Origin: Eremomyces bilateralis CBS 781.70
Taxonomy: Eukaryota
Assembly (NCBI GenBank): GCA_010015585.1
Contig: ML975151.1
Length of the DNA: 28,280 bases
Reading direction: 5' to 3' (one strand)
Part shown: piece after piece, positions 22,989-28,280 of the stretch
Position numbering within the stretch: the stretch's first letter is position 1
Layout of the letters: every line of letters starts with the position of its first letter
Program-made: the position numbers and the translations under genes
Notes under the pieces: model-generated
Databases searched by the model: none
Told to the model about the DNA's origin: nothing
What the model saw: the letters and a program-made list of their open reading frames with translations, nothing else

Positions 22989-23865
22989 GGTGCTTGTTGG
23001 AAGGCAGCTGCGATTAGGATGTGGACTGTAGTGTTCTCGATCTTGAATAGTTCTTCCAGTTATCTAGCTGCAGCGACTCTTGTGTTTATATAGACGATTT
23101 CCACCCCTTTGATTACTATCGTCTACATTGTCTAGGCAATTCCTTAGCTTTTTTTCCATATCTCGTGCATCCGCGGCGCCTAGCTATTTTAACAGTATAG
23201 TAATCCGTCACAGGGAAAGTCGACTCAAGTTCACGTGCCAGTGATACCAGTGGTACCAGTGGTACTACTGCTATGACCAGTGCATGTTCAGCTCGCCACA
23301 TCAACGCCATTTCGATTCCTTGGTGCCTAGGCAACTCCCTTCTAGTTCATTGAGCATTCCGATAAGGTTTTCCTTGGCCCTATTCTCAACAAAATGCGGG
23401 CCGAGAAGCTTCGCATGATGACTGAGCGCAGTACAGGAGCTGTATATTAATCACGACAGCTGTGGCGACATTGCATGGTGGCACGAAAGCTTGGGGTCGA
23501 ATTGGTTGAAAATGTAATCATATGGCTGACTAGCTCAGAGAATCTATGGTTTCTATCAATATGGGCATGTTTACAGTAAGTTTACGGTGACACGCTGAAT
23601 GATCCCTCGCTAGGACATTTGCCCACTCGAATTAGCCAGTGCAAGTAGTAGAACGATACTGGATCACCATCCATGCATTTGGTACCGTAGATATATCCAC
23701 TCGACATCAGTCAATCCATTCACCAGCTGTTGTCTCCGCTAAGTAAAATGCTCATGAATTCAAAATGCACGCAAATCAAGGGGTATCATAAAACCAGCTT
23801 CCCAACCCCATCCTAACCCATACTCCAACCCCCAGCCCAACCCCATCCTAACCCAGTCCCCTTCC

Positions 23866-24750
23866 TCAACTCCCCACCCACGCACCCGATCGTTTATACT
23901 CCCTCAACACTTCCGCCGCCCCCCCCAACTCCTCCTCACTCAGCCACGTCCCGTCCGCCTCCCCGTACCCCACCCACTTGGCGAAGTAGAACATCATCCC
24001 GCCGATGTCCTGGTGCCGGAGGATGCGTTCGATTTCGTATTCGTCGGCGGGTGGGGGCGCAACGGCTTGGAGCATGGAGTATTTCCGCTTGGTGCTGTCG
24101 GGTGGTGGGGAGGAGGTGGAGAGCGAGGTGGAGGAGGGTTGATGGGGTCGGGTGAGTGGAGTGACGGCGCGGGACGGGGATTGTGATGTCGACGAGTTGA
24201 ATCGACTAGGTAACGCGAGATGCTGCCCTCCTTTGGTAGTGAGATCCTTTTTCCTGACCCCCGCTGGTTTCCCTCGCTTCTTCACTTTATTCGCCGAGCC
24301 ATTCACGACCGGCACAACGATATTCGAGCGTTTCTTCTTCGGATGCACGAACTCATCGCTCGACTCCCCATCCACCCGCGACGGCGCCGTCGTTACGATC
24401 CGGCTCTTCGGCGACCGTTTGCGCTTCTTCGGCGGGATGTCCTTCCCATTGACCTTGATGATCGGCGGCTCCTGTTCCGGGTGCTCGAAGCGCCAGTTCT
24501 CGAAGTCCTCGAGGTGCGCAGGGGAGACGTATTCGAGGATCGCGTCGACGGCGATGTGAAGTGGCGGGCCGATGAGGAGGTCGGCGGCGTCTTGCTCGTA
24601 GACGACGTAGATGCAGGGGCCGTCGGGGAGGCTGAGGCGGTCGTCGATGAAGTAGCGGGTGGTGGTGGGAGGGGTGGAGGAGGGGGAAAGGGTGATGGGG
24701 GGGATGTCGCTCCGCGGGATGTAGGTGATGGGGATGACGGCCTCAGTCAT
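23866..24750 (-). CDS. Chromodomain-containing protein with a single C-terminal chromodomain, 294 aa
   Basis: EYEIERILRHQ...FYFAKWVGYGEADGTWLSEEEL with the aromatic cage residues (Y, W, Y) intact. Basic NLS-like runs PPKKRKR and PKKKR. The first in-frame ATG is 24750; the ORF track start at 24765 is TTG. Confidence 0.88.
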   Translation of the reverse strand: MTEAVIPITYIPRSDIPPITLSPSSTPPTTTRYFIDDRLSLPDGPCIYVVYEQDAADLLIGPPLHIAVDAILEYVSPAHLEDFENWRFEHPEQEPPIIKVNGKDIPPKKRKRSPKSRIVTTAPSRVDGESSDEFVHPKKKRSNIVVPVVNGSANKVKKRGKPAGVRKKDLTTKGGQHLALPSRFNSSTSQSPSRAVTPLTRPHQPSSTSLSTSSPPPDSTKRKYSMLQAVAPPPADEYEIERILRHQDIGGMMFYFAKWVGYGEADGTWLSEEELGGAAEVLREYKRSGAWVGS

Positions 24751-24875
24751 GTGGAAGAGGTGCAATTGCGCTTCATCCGGAGACGCGTCGTCGCTCGTCG
24801 ATCGATTTCGTCGTAGTGTGCGGCGATAGATGGGGAGGGCGTTAAATGAGGTTATTTTGTTGTTTTAGAGCTAGA

Positions 24876-24883
24876 TCACGTGA
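24876..24883. promoter_or_regulatory. Palindromic E-box TCACGTGA (possible bHLH/Cbf1-type site) ~125 bp upstream of the chromodomain gene
   Basis: Exact motif at a promoter-proximal position; function is inferred and the motif could occur by chance. Confidence 0.3.
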
Positions 24884-25085
24884 GACGCTAAAATAGCTAT
24901 AAGATTTAGGCTTTAAAGGGTAGGGTTTAAGTAAGATAAATAGAAGGGATGATTTGAAAGGTTTGCTTTGTGATCACGGTGACACGGTCTGGATGCGCAA
25001 GATCTGCGATTACCAAGTTCCATTAATCTAAACTGAAGAGAGAGGGAGAAGAAATCTCCCGGCACCTTTGTGCGCGAGATAGCGA

Positions 25086-25638
25086 CTCTCCTCTCCAATG
25101 CCCTAATGCTGTGTTACCATGTTTGTTTGCTTCTGTTGTGAAGACGACAATAGTAGAAGACTGATTATATTGATTGATTTCTATGGAGACTAGAGAGAGA
25201 GAGATTCATACACCCTTCAGGCCTCTCTGCGAGGCCCATGTGGGGATCTATGGAGACTAACTAGTTGGGGATGTCTAATTAACTAGAACTGTAGATATAG
25301 ATGGTTGATCACCTGACGATTGATGCCTGAGGCATCAATACTTGAGGATAACCGTAACAGCTTCTCTGATATAATCCACCAGCTACGTCTTCAGCCACAA
25401 CCAAGGGAACAGGCCGCAGGCCTGGGACCATAACATATAAAGCCGATGAAGGGGAGGTCATTATCCTCAGTAAGAATAGGCTAAACGTAGCTTCTTAATC
25501 TTCTTATTCAGGCGATATGTGTTATGGTCCCAAGCCTGCGGCCTGTTCCCTTGGTTGTGGCTGAAGACGTGGCTGGTGGATTATATCAGAGAAGCAAACA
25601 AACATAGTAACACAGCATTAGGGCATTGGAATGGAGAG
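25086..25638. mobile_element. Non-autonomous foldback/MITE-like element with 119-bp inverted arms; left arm interrupted by a solo LTR
   Basis: Left arm 25086-25133 + 25365-25435 matches the reverse complement of 25520-25638 at 114/119 positions by hand alignment, around an ~84-bp spacer. No outer TSD is visible, and the right end abuts another LTR-like segment. Confidence 0.82.
25134..25359. mobile_element. Solo LTR (226 bp) with 5-bp target-site duplication GCTTC
   Basis: Termini TGTTG...TAACA; GCTTC at 25129-25133 and at 25360-25364. The opposite arm of the host element preserves the empty site with a single GCTTC. Confidence 0.9.
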
Positions 25639-26070
25639 TGTTATGGGCATGGCCCATGGTTGGCATAGACTGAGAGCCTAAGCCTAATCAAGCCTAGTAG
25701 CACCGAGATGGAACCTCATCAAGATTCCTGTCGCAAGATGCCTCTGTTGGTTTCTACTGCCACCTAACATTCCTTTCACTGCCCCCTACCCCTGGGCTAG
25801 GCCTAATCAGGACTCTTCAGTTTTCTCCTATGTATTTAAGTTATCTCATCTGGCTACTAGCTAGATCTCTTTTCCTAGACGATGTGAATCGTTAATACCA
25901 ATTTGCGTTATGACTCTACAGTAACTGAGCTTAAGCAGCAATCGTGCTTAATCATCATCCCCGCATTAATGCGACAATTCCTCTGTCACAGATACCTTTA
26001 CTCTTCATCTCAATCTAGAATATCTTTGGCTACGCGTATGTTGTGTGCATCCAGCTACCGTGCCGTAACA
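25639..26070 (+). mobile_element. Probable solo LTR (432 bp) without TSD
   Basis: Imperfect inverted termini TGTTATGGGCA...TGCCGTAACA; internal TATA-like TATTTAAG near 25833; no convincing ORF; flanks GAGAG/ATACA do not match. Confidence 0.6.
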
Positions 26071-26170
26071 ATACAACTGGAATTAGGTTTAGTATCCTCT
26101 TCTGCTACGGCTCCGACAAGGCTAGAGGCTTGAATAAAATCTGAAATTGACATTCCCATTTTATAGACTC

Positions 26171-27190
26171 TTACAAAGACCATTCTAGCGTAACATCGTT
26201 TTCCAGAAACCAATCGATGCTCGTCTTCACCCCATCGTGATCAACCACCCAGACTTTATTCTGGACAAGCTCCGCCCACTTTTGAAGAATATCTGCAAGC
26301 CGAGGATAACGATTCGGCCCCCAGGGGCAGTGTGGTGGTCGATAACGTAGGATCTCTCGGCTACTACCAACAGAGTCGACCAGCTTGACACCATCAGCGC
26401 AGTATGCGTCCGGGGTCGTATAAAGACCAGCTCGACGAGCAACCGTAAACCTCGCAAATCCCTCGCTATCAGCGGAGTCAGGACCCGCGGGATAAGGTAT
26501 AGAGCATTCGGCTGGGGGAATCAGCGTCGCAACTTCATTCAAGTCTGGATCCTCGTGCGGGGGCAATCGTGGAGAATCGCGTAGCTCGGAGGAATAAACG
26601 GCATAGAAAAAGTCCAGAGTGAAATGGGTTACCCCTGGAGCAACATATTTGAATGAAGGTAATCGTGCCCGCGAAAGGAATGCTTTAGTGAATGGACTCA
26701 GCGTATACTGGTCGAGGATATTCGTCGGTAAGGGGTTTTCACGGCGGGACTCGACGGTATAGCCAGGCATATTTGCCTCGATAACGTTTAAAAGAGTCTC
26801 CCATGCTTGAATAGCCTCTTCTAAGTCTTGGGCGGTCCACGGTATATAAATAGGACTATTACCAGAAAAGGAGAATTTTCCCCTTTCGAACTCGGAGAGC
26901 CACTTTCTAAGAATAGAGTCTAATACATCCTAATCGAAAAAAATACTTCCAGGGGACGGCTGAAGTGCGAAAGGCGTTATATCTAGAACTCGGTTGTGGC
27001 TGTCGGAAACTATATTAAATTGCGACAGCAATCGGTAGATTGGGAGCTCGGTCACATTTGGGATGTCCAAAAGGTGCGGATACACCTGAAATATAAGGTC
27101 CGTCAAGTTACGACTAGTGGTTCCTTCAGATATTCCCTCTGGTCTTTAGATTATTTCGCTATGCCTGTAATTAATAACTACCAAGCGACC
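26171..27190 (-). pseudogene. Pseudogene of a conserved fungal hypothetical protein family
   Basis: The ORF-track frame (26770-26171; ARLPSFKYVAPG, LADILQKWAELVQNKVWVVDHDGV) continues upstream with protein-like sequence (PWTAQDLEEAIQAWETLLNVIEANMP; LDSILRKWLSEFERGKF). It is interrupted by in-frame TAG (26932-26930) and TAA (27148-27146). The 5' limit is approximate. Confidence 0.7.
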
Positions 27191-27475
27191 CTAGCATCAC
27201 AGGCTTCATCCATGGCTCCATAGAGACGTATGTGCTGGCAAATTGGTAAAGTTTGCGTCGAAATACGTGCTCATGAACTGCCTGTAGGTCGGCCTTCTGT
27301 ATCAATTCCAGATATATGGGTTACATTAAAGCCTTGCGATCAATGGAGGTAACCAGGTACTGAGTTCCGCGGTGTGCGATAGGTGTTCTGATTCGCCTTT
27401 GAAATACTTCCACAGTTCGAACACTGTGAGATTTTCGACTGAGGATAGCTGGTCCCTGGGGATGATGGTCATCCA

Positions 27476-27732
27476 TGTTACGAAGAAGTGCCCGGAGTCT
27501 TTCGTAGGTCCCTCCCGATGACGATGGCACTCGAGGTATTTATATTGATGATGTGTCATAGTCTTGGACTGTCGGCCCAGACTGTGGATTGTTGGCCTTA
27601 CGGCCTGAGGCAGCATCACAATGTGAGGCTTACATAGATCATTCCGGACACACACTTGGAACTTCCTTCTTCTATAGCTAAATTCATAACGTTACCACCG
27701 GTGTCATCACTCATCTATCGTGGTCCGTTACA
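27476..27732 (-). mobile_element. Probable solo LTR (257 bp) without TSD
   Basis: On the minus strand it starts TGTAACGG and ends TTCGTAACA, with TATAAATA at 27544-27537. It begins exactly where the DUF6589-like sequence stops. + strand flanks ATCCA/GGTGA do not match. Confidence 0.7.
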
Positions 27733-28280
27733 GGTGAGCCGCTTTAGATAGAGCATTTCGAACTCGAAGTAAAAGCAACAGACACCAATGACTCGATCGA
27801 TGAGTCCTATATCTCCGTTCTTGATGCCGTACTTTAAGGTCTTGTATACAACCATCTGTTGAAGGTATCGAGCATGACTGAGGAACTCCTCATCAACTAT
27901 ATTGTTGGTATGCTTCTCCTTGGACGATTGCCAGGCTTGCGGCTCAAATGCGGATCTGCGAACATCCTCCACTAGGTCCATAAAGCCTCTGGTATTTATA
28001 TTCCAAATTGCCTTATCAACCTCATCTTGATCCGAGATATCGATGCCGCACTGCTCGAGGCGAGTATAGAGTAGTCCAATAACCCGAGCGTCGAAATTGT
28101 AAAGCACCAGCTCTTCCAGAACTTGAAAAGCTGCACGGCCCGCTGGAATATTCTTTCGTCCCCAGAAGTTCATGTTGTGATAGAGAGTTGAAGCATCCTG
28201 TTGCTCCATGTTTCCATTATGTGTCTTTTGCATGAGCCATAGAAAATTCATGCGCAGGTGAAAGAGAGCAGCGACTCCTA
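27733..28280 (-). pseudogene. Truncated DUF6589-like (RNase H-fold, putative DNA transposase) gene fragment; 5' part lies outside the window
   Basis: GVAALFHLRMNFL, DEEFLSHARYLQQ, LKYGIKNGDIG and FEMLYL match my recollection of the family pattern (GLFH..M; AIK.GD.G; YA.E.L). The frame is cut by an LTR after LKRLT. Confidence 0.7.

Noticed and set aside
23801..23855. 20-bp direct repeat CCCAACCCCATCCTAACCCA x2, telomere-like
   Set aside because: Not a CCCTAA array; explained by the G-rich 3' end of the chromodomain gene.
23890..24045. Chromodomain as a chromovirus integrase remnant
   Set aside because: No integrase HHCC/DDE or GPF motif upstream; the ORF is intact with host codon usage.
27321..27655. 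Two overlapping minus-strand ORFs and a CSNCG zinc-knuckle-like word
   Set aside because: The ORFs straddle an LTR boundary, and the zinc knuckle lacks the remaining His/Cys ligands.
1..28280. tRNA, rRNA, CRISPR array or Starship captain gene
   Set aside because: T-loop-like words (e.g. near 15467 and 17448) do not fold into cloverleafs, and I saw no rRNA, repeat-spacer array or tyrosine-recombinase motifs. A manual scan can miss small ncRNAs.

Overview
Nuclear DNA of a filamentous ascomycete, judged by short 48-57 bp GT-AG introns with CTAAC/CTGAC-type branch sites and by the gene families present. Positions 1-24,900 are mostly a core-gene block. In order: a kinesin-7 (KipA/Kip2; runs off the left edge), a ~5 kb stretch with no recognisable gene, a secreted BBE-like FAD oxidoreductase, INO80 subunit Ies1 with a (Gly-Asp)n tail, and a winged-helix + ankyrin protein that looks like an NLR missing its NACHT domain. 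Next come a three-exon gene resembling only the N-terminal half of fungal mitochondrial ribosomal protein Rps3/uS3m, a divergent Tim17/22/23-like membrane protein gene, a helical orphan, an NmrA-like protein and a chromodomain protein. From ~25,085 to the end is a decayed mobile-element region: a foldback/MITE-like element with a solo LTR nested in it (perfect 5-bp TSD), two more LTR-like segments without TSDs, a pseudogene with RIP-like stops, and a truncated DUF6589-like transposase fragment. The most interesting candidate is the nuclear, intron-containing, N-terminal-only Rps3 homologue, which may reflect a split and relocated mitochondrial gene. All family calls come from recognising motifs by eye; no database searches were run.
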